A DNA stretch of 64,000 bases from Schizochytrium sp. TIO01 (Eukaryota; Protista; Bigyra: Labyrinthulomycetes). Both the position numbers and the translations under genes were made by a program. The notes beneath the pieces are model-generated. The model searched no databases, was not told where the DNA came from, and saw only the letters and a program-made list of their open reading frames with translations. Of the stretch, positions 24,890-37,854 are shown in pieces; positions within the stretch are counted from its first letter, which is position 1; each line of letters begins with the position of its first letter. Location: contig SMSO01000025.1 of the NCBI GenBank assembly GCA_004764695.1, positions 3,658,001 through 3,722,000 on the forward strand, given 5' to 3'.

Positions 24890-26639
24890 ATGGCGGACAA
24901 GGCCAAGGAGACCATGGAGCGCATGCGCAACATGAAGGTGCCCTCCGGAGGCGGTGGCGGCATCGCTCGTGGCGCCGCTGCGCTCATCTTCGGAGGTGGC
25001 GCCCTCGCCTTCCTCGGATACAGCTCACTGTAAGTTCAAGAAGAAACACGACGCCACTGGACAAAGACTGGCCTTGGTCGAAAGGTGCGCTTGCGAAGGC
25101 GAAGACTCCGTGGGATGGGCCTCGCTCGAGAAGGATCATGCCGCATCCAGCCATATTGGTGCCTAGTTATCGCCTAAATGAGCGATAGGTAGGCACACGG
25201 AGACTGCGCAAGACCCAAGCCAGCCTGAGGGAGAATGGGTAGGAGGGTGGAGACACGGGAGGACTGCGGCGGAGAGTTTACGTCGATCACGGAAACGCTG
25301 AGGGCGTAGAGGAGGACAATGAGCAGAGAAACGAGGAAAAAGAGATGATGCTTGCTTTGGTCTTTCTTCTTTCTTTTTTTCTTTCCTTCGTGCTAATAAG
25401 TTGTACTGTTTTCGTTAGAAGCTACTAGAGAGTAACCAAGTGATCTCAAGTGCCATAGAGACAACCTCAGTTGACAAAGACAAGGCAAAATGGATGCGCT
25501 CTGGTGGATAGATACAGTGGACGGGGTGGAAAGCAACACAAAGAGTTAGCTAATTAGTCTGTGCCTTCGACTATATGGTGTTGTTGTTGTTGTTTTCACG
25601 ATGGAATTATGATGGCGGGATTATTCTTTTTTTTTTGGGGGGGGGGGGAGGGAGGATCGATCTGCGGTCTGGATTTGAGTCTTATGTTTTGTTTATCATG
25701 CACAGAATGACTAATGAATTTACTTCGAATTATTGCAAACGATGGATCATATTTGGGAAAATGAAAATCATTGCTATGACTGGCTGTACACTGGTTTGGT
25801 TTCTATGTTTTTGTTTTGCTGGATGTAAATGGACTATTTTGCTGCGGAAATGAATAACAATTTATCTACACAGCTTCGATGTGCCCTCTGGTCACAAGGC
25901 TGTCATGTTCAACAGGGTGACTGGTCTCCGTGAGCAGACATACGGTGAAGGTATCCACGCCCGCGTGCCCTGGTTTGAGTACCCCACCATCTACGATGTG
26001 CGTACCCGCCCCCGCAACATCTCCTCCCTCACTGGCTCCCGCGATTTGCAGATGGTCAACATTGCCATCCGTGTGCTCCACCGCCCGGACAGCAGCCACT
26101 TGCCATCCATCCACCGCCAGCTCGGAACTGACTACGACGAGCGTGTTCTTCCCTCCATTGTGAACGAGGTCTGTAAGCAGGTTGTCGCCCAGTTCAACGC
26201 CTCCCAGCTTATCACCCAGCGTGAGCAGGTTTCCCAGCTCATCCGACGAAACCTTATGGTTCGTGCCCAGCATTTCAACATTCTCCTTGAGGATGTGTCC
26301 ATCACCGAGCTCAAGTTCGGTCGCGAGTACTCTAGTGCCGTCGAGCGCAAGCAAGTTGCCCAGCAGGAGGCTGAGCGCGCTCGCTTCCTTGTCGACAAGG
26401 CCCTCCAGGACAAGCGCTCCATTGTTATCCGCGCTCAGGGTGAGGCCAAGTCTGCCGAGCTCATCGGTAAGGCCATCCAGGACAACCCCGGTTTCGTCGA
26501 GTTGCGCCGCATCGAGGCCGCCAAGGAGGTTTCCGAGACCCTCTCTCACTCTGCCAACCGCGCCTTCCTCAGCGCCGAGAACCTCATGCTTGGTCTCGTT
26601 GCTCCTTCCCAGAGCGCTGTCGACATTGCCAAGAAGTAA
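24890..26639 (+). CDS. PHB2: Prohibitin 2; exons 24890-25029 and 25874-26639
   Basis: GTAAGT donor at 25030 and CAG acceptor ending 25873 join YSSL-FDVPSGHKAVMFNR. RPRNISSLTGSRDLQMVNI and VAQFNASQLITQRE are PHB2-type; N-terminal TM segment. Confidence 0.95.
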
Positions 26640-28298
26640 TAGATTTTCTATCCCTTTTTTTATTTTCACTCCATCACGCTTGACGCAATTTCTTTCTATG
26701 ATGTCTCATCTTTCCTTTGATTTAGTCCACGTCTAGAATCTATTATACCATCTTTCTCTCTATAGAAATGTACTTTTCATATGTTTACGCCTTTGGGAAT
26801 GGGTATCTGAGGCATCGATCTAGCTGTCAAATTACCTTCACTGTTTTTATAATTAGGTATTAGTTGGTTTCACTTTTTCAATAGAATCTTAAGCTTTAGG
26901 CTTGTGGTCATCTTCATCTTCGTATACCTTTTTGTCTCTAAAACTACGTAAATTGCATTTATTTCATGAATATGTTTGGACCGGTGCTTGGCTAATGCTG
27001 GTTTTCTGACATCAAATAAATACGGCTTCAAAAAGGAAAGTTGTTTGAAACGTTTCAAACCTAGAGCTTATAGTTTCTATCAAAAAGTTGGACTTGGCAC
27101 ATAGGAACGTATTTTTTAAAAGCATTTGTTTAGAAGAAAAAATTGAACTTGCTTAGACCGATGTTTGTCTAATACCAACTTTCAGGAATGAATTTAGATA
27201 TTATTTTTTAAATAAAAGAGAGATGGCACGTGTAAAGCAATAGTTCGAACAGACTTAATGAATGCGTGTTTGATCTTTTGGTACCTGAGAAACGTCTGGA
27301 AAAATCAATTTAGGATCTATCAGCTCACAAGTTCATTGCCACTATAGTCAAAACCCAGCCTTAGTAACCACCGCGATAATTGCATACTTGTGTGGGATGC
27401 TGTAATAAGTGACATGATGCGCACAACCTATTTTCTTCCGACATTTACCTAATCAACTATTTCTATTTCAATGATCGGCAATTGCTCATCTTCCTATGAT
27501 GATGGACTATGAGAAGATGAAGGGAAAATCTAAAAATTGTGTTCTCGTTCCCGTATTTTATAGGCTTTTTCCATATACGTGGTGTGCATAGTAATACCAA
27601 TAAGGAGATGCGTTGGAAAAAAAAAGGGAAAAAAGGGAAAAGCGTTGCGCAAATGAGAACACCATGCACAGCGCGGTGCCTGTGAACAGCGAGCTGGATA
27701 TCAATGGGTGGCGTGAATAGCACGAACATGGCACCGCGGAAGCTGACTAAGTCATACTTTAACCTAGATCTATCTACCCTGATCATTTTGTGAGCGTCCA
27801 GTGAAGACTGGTGGCATTGACTCCGCGACGGATGGCTCTCTAAGGTAATTACTTTGGCTCGAGTTCTATTCCCTTTGCTTGCTTGGTACATAGTTTGATA
27901 GCTAGTTAGCTAGGTTTACATACTTGCCTCTGCCTGTGAGCTACGACATTGGTCACAAGATTGTGCCAACGCAGAGGCACGAGTACAAAATCAAAGGCTG
28001 AGTTTGCAAGGGGCCACATTGCAGAGAGCAAGCAATAAACTTAGGAAGATTAGATATAATATCAAAGAGGTAAATCTGAAGCAAAGCTTTCTCCAGCAAG
28101 AGAGAAAGCAAAACAAAGAACAGCAGTCATAGGTAGCTTCTCTTTGTAGAAATCAGATCATTTCTCAAAATCGGAACAATCTGCATTTTTCTTTAATCAT
28201 ACTCGGGTTTGACACAGTAGTCACTCAGTGCGCTGGAGAAGCTCGAGCCTTCTTGACAGCAAAAGCCACTACCACGCAATCTTGCACTTCAAGAAGCA

Positions 28299-30038
28299 AT
28301 GGTAAAAACAACGCTAACTCGTGAAGGGCTGTTCGAGCGAGTTCTACTCGAATCCAAGGGAGGATGCAAAGGAAGCGCCTCGGCTCGTAAGGCACGCACA
28401 ATAATGCTCCAAGGCCTCACATTTGGCAAACTTGAACTGGTCTGGCAAAGATTGGCCGTCACCATTGCAGAATCGCTACGCACTGAAAAGGGAGTTCATG
28501 TTCCTCAAATTGGGCGTTTTGGCTTGAACCGCGCTGATGAAAACCGGCCGTGCTTTGTCATCGCTGAATCATGGGCTCGAGCGCACGGTGTAGATGCAGG
28601 TAGTCGCAAGCCAGTTCAGCTTGGCACCATGACGGATTTAAGCCTTACGAAGCTCTCTCTTGAGACGAGACTCCCAAAGGATGAGGTCAAGGCGATCATC
28701 ACTACTCTTTTTCACTGCCTCGGCATTGCCTTGGAGGATCGTCAGCAGGCAGCCCACGTTGAGCTTAATGAGGTCGGTAGTTTTCAAGGCGACCATGGCC
28801 GTCTTTGGTTTGATTATGGATCTCGCAGATCGACACGTGCTCGACAGCATAAGCGATCTGTTGAGGGTGAAGACGATGAACGATCTGTTGCATCCTTTCA
28901 GCGAGAGCCATTGGCTTCGTCTCGTACACTGTGCTTGACGGGACGGAGTAGTAGCTCCGATTCAGCCTCGTCTAGCACATTCGCCCGTGGTGGTGAAAGT
29001 GAGGCTCCGGATCTCCCGGTCCCCAAACTTAATCTGATAGGAGGCAGCAGTTCCAATGACATGCTAGGTAGACTACAGGAAAGCAAATACGAAGACACGA
29101 GCTTCCACGATGCTGCGGATGGTTTGTATGACTTTTCTGAAAGCGAAGATAATCACAGTCTAGCATCTGAATTCATGGACAAGCTGGGCATGGACAAGCG
29201 CCCAAGAACAGCCTATGCTGGCTCCGTGGCATCCTCTGACTCTTGGGATGTTTCAACAGAAGCTTCAGGCCCAATTGTGCATCCAATTTTCCTTCACCGT
29301 GATCGCAGAACTGACCTACTGCATACCTTTGTGGAGGACCGCCAGAATCGACGAAGCAAAGCCCTGCGATCATACTTTGAAACTGAGTTCAAAAGAATTG
29401 CAGAAGAACTTAAGGATGATCTAAGTGGCTTGGAGCAACAAGATCGTGATATTGCCCGTCGCAATGAAATTAGTGAAATGGCCTACCGCGACAAGTTACT
29501 TCAGATGAAGCGCGATCAGCTGGACTTGAACGAATTCCTTATCAAGCAAGCGCAGGAACGCCGAGATCGCGAAGGGAAAGAACGTGCAGACCTCCGCGGC
29601 TCAGGTCGTATCTTCGCAGACGAGGGTCCGAAGGCCTTTCCTGTAGAAGGAGACCCGGACTACATCGGAGCTGCTCTCACCAAGGCACGGCTGAAGGATG
29701 CGCTAAGGTCTCAAATTCGAGATAGGACAAGACGACAGCGCGAAGAACGCGCTAATAACATTGCCGAGGAGCGACTTTTAGTCGATAGCAATGTCAAGCT
29801 ATTACGCGCAGATCGCGTCAAGCAAGCCAAGAAACGCGAAAGGACGCGTCGGGATCTACAAGAGCACTGGCGAAAACAAACTGAAATCGCAGGCATGCAA
29901 CGATTGCTAACAGAAGCAAAAAACGGCAAGATCATTGCACACACACAAAGCGAAGCAGGGTTGTTGACTGTCAGAAGCGTTCGAGGTAGTGCACGTCAAA
30001 CTGCCTTAGCATTGACGGACCCAAGCTCTCCAATCTAA
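28299..30038 (+). CDS. CCDC81-like protein (N-terminal HU-CCDC81 domains, C-terminal coiled coil)
   Basis: LELVWQRLAVTIAESLRTEKGVHVPQIGRF and a second HU-like unit (...VELNEVGSF), followed by a charged coiled coil; 579 aa. Confidence 0.7.
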   Translation: MVKTTLTREGLFERVLLESKGGCKGSASARKARTIMLQGLTFGKLELVWQRLAVTIAESLRTEKGVHVPQIGRFGLNRADENRPCFVIAESWARAHGVDAGSRKPVQLGTMTDLSLTKLSLETRLPKDEVKAIITTLFHCLGIALEDRQQAAHVELNEVGSFQGDHGRLWFDYGSRRSTRARQHKRSVEGEDDERSVASFQREPLASSRTLCLTGRSSSSDSASSSTFARGGESEAPDLPVPKLNLIGGSSSNDMLGRLQESKYEDTSFHDAADGLYDFSESEDNHSLASEFMDKLGMDKRPRTAYAGSVASSDSWDVSTEASGPIVHPIFLHRDRRTDLLHTFVEDRQNRRSKALRSYFETEFKRIAEELKDDLSGLEQQDRDIARRNEISEMAYRDKLLQMKRDQLDLNEFLIKQAQERRDREGKERADLRGSGRIFADEGPKAFPVEGDPDYIGAALTKARLKDALRSQIRDRTRRQREERANNIAEERLLVDSNVKLLRADRVKQAKKRERTRRDLQEHWRKQTEIAGMQRLLTEAKNGKIIAHTQSEAGLLTVRSVRGSARQTALALTDPSSPI

Positions 30039-30219
30039 TGATGAGAAAATGAAAAAGAAACAGTAAAAAAAACGAGATGTTGAAGAAAGACAAAATATAC
30101 CTTGCGCTCTCTCCTTCACCACGCTTGCAACTCTTCTTCATCACTTCTCCACCAGGAGATAGTGGAAAATAAATTGTGAATGGTGATGAAGTGCGTGAGC
30201 AAACATGCAAGCTAATCAA

Positions 30220-31125
<906 letters not shown>

Positions 31126-31958
31126 CGTGCCCCGAAGATAGCTCGCTCCTGCGCAAGCTCCTCGTCTGGCCTCTCTGTCCTTCTGTTCTGGTTGCCGCCT
31201 TCGCTCTCCTTGTTTTCGCCTCTTTCCCGCGACCCAAGTTTTCCCTATTTAGAGTATAGCCTATCCCTAAGCCCGTCGCCGCCACCGCTACCGCTGGTCA
31301 TCACTACTGTCGAACGCAAAAGAACCATACCCTAACCTCGGTGTGGTTATACGGCGCAGTTATGCGCCGGTTCTCTAAATGGGTGCGGAACGGGTGCCAT
31401 TGGTTCCGCTGCCACACGATACAGGTAGGGTCAGAGCTAGGCAGATGGGTAGGAGTTTAGAGGATGGTAAGTGCTAGGAAGTGTAGGCATCATTGATGGG
31501 AGTGGGGTTTCGAAGAGACCTTGGAATTCTGACTCGTGGCGCTTGCTACTTTGGAGCTCTTGCCCTTGAGTTACGTTGGAAAAGATCCGCTGGGCTCTTC
31601 AGGTGCTAGGAATTGTCTTAACTGCAACTATTGCGACCTTCAGGCAGTAGTAGAGTAATTCCGAGTTCGCCATGCTTTGGAAGTGATCATGGTGGACGGC
31701 TGAGAAGATCAATATAGGAGTTCGCTATTGGTATATAGGATTGTGAGAAGTAGTAAGGATGCAAAGATGCAAGGTAGGACTACTTAGGCCGTGGCTAGTG
31801 CACGGGCAAGAGCCGCGGTTACTGATAACTAACGACGGGATCTTCATGTTAACCTGTTGAAAGATAGAGTGATAGGAGAACTTGAAGGAAGGCAAGGAAG
31901 ATAGCGATTAGGCAAAAGCGAACGACAGGAATTGACTGTGCGAGGAGGACTTGCAAGC

Positions 31959-32876
31959 ATGGACGAGAAGCCAGACACCGAGGCTTGCAAGACACAGGAA
32001 CGTGTGACAGAGGAGATGTCGAAGACTGGAGCTACAACGGAGGAAAACTCCGAAGAAACTGAGGCTGGGAAAGCACCACAGTCTGCAGATGTCGTGTCAA
32101 TCTTGCAGTCGAGCGTCAAGGCTCTCGAAGCTTCAGTGGGGAGTGCGTTCTCGAAGATGGGACAAAGTTTACAACAAAGCGTCTCAATGATGGAGAGCAT
32201 GAATGGTATGATGGAGGAGTACGTCACAAGAGGTCTGCGGATCAAAGCCAAGGTACAACCTGGCTCTCAAGGCAAGGCCCACCTAGTCCGCGTTAACATC
32301 TTGAATACTTCACGAATTCCGCTGCTTAATCTCTGTGTAAAGTTGACAACTAGTAATGGAAAAAACGGAAGTGAAGATAACCACAATCATAGCGATGAGT
32401 CTGAGCAAAACTGTCAAGAAAAGTCGATTGAGGCCCTTGGTTCGGAGAAAAATCTCAATGTATTTTTTGACGACCTTGACCTGATTACTGGTACAGAGGT
32501 ACTTATCCGTGTGGAGTTCCCAAGCCCCGGTACTGGAAAGATCTTGGGTGCAAATATATCAGTTGTTGTGAAAGCGCGGGAGGTGGATACTTTTGTCTTT
32601 AGTGAAGATGCTCTGCCCTTAGAACAAGCTTGTAGCAAGCTTGAGACAGTTGGTCCTTTATCTGTTCGAGAAGCCCTCGGAATCAGCCCCTTAGGGGCTT
32701 TGATTACAAACAAGGGGATTTATATTGCTCCGGCACTACACCTTGGAGTTCGTGTTGAAGGGCCTTTGGAAGATGGGTCCGTGGACGTATATCTCTTCAA
32801 CATGAATTCAGATCTTGATGATACTTTGTCGTCTACGTTTGCCATGGAGTTAGAGCTGCACGACTCGGAAGAGTAG
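31959..32876 (+). CDS. Hypothetical protein (about 305 aa)
   Basis: Long ORF with protein-like composition; first ATG at 31959; no family recognised. Confidence 0.7.
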   Translation: MDEKPDTEACKTQERVTEEMSKTGATTEENSEETEAGKAPQSADVVSILQSSVKALEASVGSAFSKMGQSLQQSVSMMESMNGMMEEYVTRGLRIKAKVQPGSQGKAHLVRVNILNTSRIPLLNLCVKLTTSNGKNGSEDNHNHSDESEQNCQEKSIEALGSEKNLNVFFDDLDLITGTEVLIRVEFPSPGTGKILGANISVVVKAREVDTFVFSEDALPLEQACSKLETVGPLSVREALGISPLGALITNKGIYIAPALHLGVRVEGPLEDGSVDVYLFNMNSDLDDTLSSTFAMELELHDSEE

Positions 32877-34107
32877 GCTAAACCTAAAGTATTGGCTTTT
32901 CTCAAGGTATTCTTTGAATGGATAGAGAACATGAAGCAATCTGTCCCCAGACAAAAGAATCTCTTGCACTTATGGATTTATCACAGAGATTCCCCGAAGC
33001 CTCTGATTCGTAATCAAGAGTTGTATGTTATATTTGATTAATTGCATTTATAGAGAAGAGATGCACACTTCATGTTGCGTCATTGTTTCTTACTCACTAA
33101 ACATGTACGCGTTGCGTTAAATGCAAAACATTGCAAGGCCCTGAAATGAAGGTATATTTTTCAAAGACTAAACTTATGTTTGTATTCTGTTGTTTTTAAA
33201 GAAATACTTGCTCCGACATGTGAGAGAAGGTGTACGTAGTATTTATATGTCACACTTGAGTAGGTACCTAATAGGGTGCTATGCAAGACATAGGAGAAAG
33301 GGGTGGATTGAAACTGGCTCAATAACGAAAGTACAAAACACCCAATTGTAGGAGAGTATCTTCGTTTCCATAAAAAGAAACGAGAAACAAAAGGAAAGAG
33401 AAGTAAGTGAATTGAAGCAAATGAAAGAAAGAAGTTGCACATTATCCAATTGGAAAAACACCAAAACTAGAAATCTAACGAAAAAAGCATGTGATAGTGT
33501 TGACTGACGATACAAAAAAGAAATTCTAACAACCCTACCCTGTGAAGAAATGTGAAGAAAACGCATAAAACCCTAGTGGTTTAATCGTTTGATGCCACAC
33601 GCAGCAAGCAAATGTTACCTCGCAAGAAGCAAAGAATGTGAAGCAATAAAACAAGTCTGTACTGTTGCATAGTTTAAATTTGAACTGACATGACAAGAGA
33701 TGGTTCTGCGAGGGTGAATGAAGAGGTGATCAGTCTTCATCATTCACCAGCACAGAGCCACCCATCGTTGAGGCAAAAAAGCATGTAGCGCGAGAACACG
33801 TTTCTCAAAGAAAACTTCGGGAACTTGTTCTGTGCGTCACCGTGGTTAGTTTACCATTTCGGGCGCGTTTCTTGCGTATTAAAATGGGGGCCGTATTGAA
33901 TGAGATACCCTGTTAAAAAGCGCTTCTCACCAGAAACTAAAGACTCCGGACCCTTTATAAAATAAAGGGTCTGAGAGAATTTCGGTTTACGTGAATTATC
34001 CACGCTTGGTAAAAAAGCACTAGCAACAGTGGTGGTAGCTGAAAAGTAAAAGTAAATATTGTAGTAGTAGGTACACGACGCATTAATGAAGGCCGATGGG
34101 TACAAGC

Positions 34108-35289
34108 TTACTTGAGCGCCTCGAGGACCTTGTTGAGCTTCTCCTCGAAGATCTTGGCAGTCCGCTCGGGATCACGGAGCTTATCAATACCGAAGAGGCC
34201 AATACGGAACGTTTTAAGGCCCTCAGGTTCATCACACATGAAGGGGACACCACCAGCAATCTGCACGCCCTGCTCCTTGAACTTGGCGACCATGGCATCA
34301 GACTCAGAGTAGTTTACAATAACAGTGGGTGCCTCGAATCCCTCAGCAGCAGCCGAAGGGAGGCCGTTCTTCTTCATGATCTCACGAACAAGGCCACCGA
34401 GCTTACGGGCGTTAGCCGTGGCAGTCTCAAAACCAAGGGTGTCACGAAGCTCGAGCATGACCTTGTGGAAGCCGGCAATGGAGTCAGTCGGCATGGTGCA
34501 GTAGTACATGAAGCTACCAGCCTCGTACTTGTCCATGCACGTGAGCCACTTGTTAAGGCTGACACAGAAACTGGTGCTCTGAGTGGACTCGGCGACCTGA
34601 CGAGCCTTATCGTTCATGCACACGATACCACAGCAGGCAGGGCCAGACCAACCCTTCTGGGGAGCAGTGACGAGAACATCCACACCGAGGTCCTCCATGT
34701 TGGCCCAAAGGGTGCCAGCAGCGATAGCATCAAGGACGAAGAGACCTCCAACCTCGTGAACAGCGGCAGTGACCTTCTTGATGTACTCATCGTTAAGAAG
34801 AATACCGGTAGAGGTCTCAACGTGAGGTGCGAAGACAACAGCGGGCTTCTCGGCCTTGATCTTCTCGACAACCTCGTCAACAGGGGTAGGGGCCATCGGG
34901 GGCTGCATGGTGGAGTTCTGCACGCGAGCCTTGAGGACTGTCTCAGACTGAGGGATCTTGCAGACATTGAAGATGTCGCTCCAGCGGAAGCTGAAGAAAC
35001 CTTGACGAAGGACCATGACGTTCTTGTCAGTGGCGAACTGACGGGCCACAGATTCCATGGCGTAGCTGCCGGAGCCAGGAATGATGGCGGTGTGCTGGCA
35101 GTGGTAGACCTCCTTAAGAGTAGCGGAAATTTCGCGCATCATCTTCTGGAAAGGCTCGCTCATCTGGTTGATGGCGCGGTCGGTGTACACGACGGAGAAC
35201 TCCATCAGGTCGCCGCGGTTGTCCTGCAGAAAAGGACAGGCCTGCTTGGTGTCAACGACATTAGTCGAGGAAGAGTTGGTGGTGCCCAT
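34108..35289 (-). CDS. Class V PLP-dependent aminotransferase (alanine-glyoxylate/serine-pyruvate aminotransferase-like)
   Basis: IPGSGSYAMESVA, HVETSTG, LDAIA and TAPQKGWSGP (PLP lysine); strong housekeeping-type codon bias. Confidence 0.92.
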   Translation of the reverse strand: MGTTNSSSTNVVDTKQACPFLQDNRGDLMEFSVVYTDRAINQMSEPFQKMMREISATLKEVYHCQHTAIIPGSGSYAMESVARQFATDKNVMVLRQGFFSFRWSDIFNVCKIPQSETVLKARVQNSTMQPPMAPTPVDEVVEKIKAEKPAVVFAPHVETSTGILLNDEYIKKVTAAVHEVGGLFVLDAIAAGTLWANMEDLGVDVLVTAPQKGWSGPACCGIVCMNDKARQVAESTQSTSFCVSLNKWLTCMDKYEAGSFMYYCTMPTDSIAGFHKVMLELRDTLGFETATANARKLGGLVREIMKKNGLPSAAAEGFEAPTVIVNYSESDAMVAKFKEQGVQIAGGVPFMCDEPEGLKTFRIGLFGIDKLRDPERTAKIFEEKLNKVLEALK

Positions 35290-36764
35290 GGTGCTAGCTA
35301 GTTCCTTTTCTTCGTCTCTGCAAAGTATCTTTGGCTGTATTGTTTCTCAACCGACTCTGGATACCCTCGTGATGAGCGAAGCTGCCACTCAAGACTCTTC
35401 GTACTACACCGTCTCTTGGTGTTTGTTGCAGCGCGAAGCCGAGGAAGAGTTTGGGGTTTGCTTTGGTTCTCCTCTCCAGCAGCTATACGCACTAGATAGC
35501 TAGCTACTAAGTATCCTTCTTTCTCCTTCTCAGCGTTTTCCAGGATCTTGCCTTTCGGTGGGATTCGCCCAGCCACATCCCCACCGGACCCGGAATCATT
35601 TCGCTACTCAACACATTGCCTTCAGGGCAGTCCTGTAATATTGGCTCACTAACCCTCCTCAAAGGCAGGAAGGAGGGTAATCTGCTACCGACTTTCTGAT
35701 AAAGGCCGAGGATCTCAGTTGCTTTTTATCCGGCACGTCCTTCCCTTCGCTCTCTCGTTCACCCGCTTGAGTTTGCGGCGTCCACGCCGCATTCCAACTT
35801 GCTTGTGGTGCCTGTGTATGCTACTACCATCCTCAATGACTCCGCACGGAATGCATCATGAAGATGTAGGCACCTAGCTAGCTATCAGTAGAAGAACCCC
35901 AGGAGCGCTATCGCATTACATCCTCATACTAGCAAGATGTTTATGGACACATGAATATAACTTCGAGTCCCTTGACGTACATGCATACCTTCACGCACAG
36001 CGGTAGTCCATCTAGATTGTAGGCACGCAGGTACTACACAGGCATCGTAAACCTGCCAAGGTACTACGTTCATGCCAATGCGGGCTTTGACGTTTTCACT
36101 GGGTCGAGTGATGTTTCTGCTGCTCCGCTCCCCATTGCTAAGCAGGCCTTAGCCGCGCCCTACGCGATTCGCAGTTGCTGATTTATGACAAACGTATCAC
36201 CGACGTCGATTCGTTGTAAGTTTGCTCGCTCGTCTCGGCCAAGACATAAATGCCCAAATTCCATAAATACACAAACACACAACAACAACAACAACAACAA
36301 CAAGTGCATGAGAAAATCTATCCATCAATCAATCCATCACACTACCTGCGTTCGATCCGCACTCCTGCTCCAAGCCCGGCTCGGTGGAGGTGGGATCATC
36401 TCTCATTCAAGATCATTCATTCAGGATCATTCATTCGATCATTCATTCACGATCATTCAATCAATCAATCGATCATTCATCGATCATTCATCGATCATTC
36501 AATTGGTCATTATGATCTCTCTCATGAGACGCAGCGCAGACTCCAGAGTCCTTAAAGGCGGCGAAGGAAGAGACCAAACGAAACGAGGTCGGTTTCGCGG
36601 CCTTCGCAGAGGAGGAGGAGGAGGAGGAGGTGCAGCCGGAGCTGATCTGGATGGGGTGTAGAAGACAGAAAGTAATTCGCGCAAAGGCTCCTGAAATCAT
36701 TGCAACGAAGTGGGATGAATGTCCAGCAAGGCATGAGAAGAAGCGAGAAACGAGAGGTCATCGA

Positions 36765-36820
36765 AGTGAGTGAGTGAGTGAGTGAGTGAGTGAGTGAGTG
36801 AGCGAGTGATTGATTGACTG
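36765..36820 (+). repeat. (GTGA)n microsatellite grading into (TTGA)n
   Basis: Read directly. Confidence 0.9.
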
Positions 36821-37854
36821 AGCCATTGAGTGAATTAGGGGCCGAGAGAGGACATAGAATCGAAGACCGCTAGCTAGCTAACAAGTACTCTTACTGGCTG
36901 GCTAGCTAGCTGCTAGCTGGTTGAGCTAGCTAGCCGTCTGCAGGTTTCCACAGTCCTATCATTTCGTTGCTGGCGTATCCGTGGATTTGCGAATTAGCTT
37001 ATTTGCGAATTAGCTCATTTGCGAATTTGCCGAGTCGTTTGCTCGGTTGGTATATATCTGTCTACCTGCCTGGGTGTTGATCGATTGATTGTTTGGATTT
37101 GCAGGGGCACCGAGGCACCCAGCCAGGCATTTAAAGAGACAGGGCTTTGGAGGATAAACGAAGGAACTCTGACTGAAAGATGATGCAAGCAGAGAAGCAG
37201 GCCTAGGGGCATCCTATTGATTACGGTAGCAGTGGTAGCACCCGAGGAAGTTTGGGTGGTGAATTCGCGATTCGTCGAGTGGTTGATATTACACAAAGGT
37301 AGAAATAACACCACTCGGAGGTATTGGAGCAAGTCGCGGACACGACAGAGCTGCAGAATATGCTGAATTTGGGAGTGCACGTGTGTAAGCTGTGGAAGTC
37401 TGCGCAACCTAAAGATCTTCATCGAATCGCTCGTGTCTTTTTATTGCTGCCGCCACAAGAGCTAATAGGAGAGTCATAGGCAGATAAGATCACTTACCGT
37501 GCTCCTACCATTAACCTTTCATCAGACAGCAACTCCAGGGGTAATGGGTTCTGCACTCAGCGCGGAACATGGTGTGTACCGAGATTGTTTGCTTGCTAGT
37601 AATAGTAGGAGGTAGTGGGTAGCACTATGGTGATGAAGAGAAGGGAAGAGAAGAGATACCTCAGATAGGTTTTAAAAATATCTATATAAAAGCTGGTAGA
37701 AACCACAGTGAATGAATGTTATTGTAGGCTGTGTCATGTAGAGTTTAACGATGAACTGTGATCTGTGCATGGGATTTGGAGAAGCCTTGCAAGAATAAAC
37801 ATTCAGATAACAGTTGAAGAATTGAAGACTGTTTACTATCAAGGTGGAGTCGTC

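Noticed and set aside
25866-26669. 267-aa minus-strand ORF
   Set aside because: Antisense shadow of PHB2 exon 2.
27660-27845. SRP RNA-like element (9-bp stem 27672-27680/27730-27738 and a CCAGT-GAAG-ACTGG hairpin)
   Set aside because: The conserved helix-8 SRP54-binding motif is absent, and such short stems are expected by chance.
34096-35301. 401-aa plus-strand ORF
   Set aside because: Antisense shadow of the aminotransferase.
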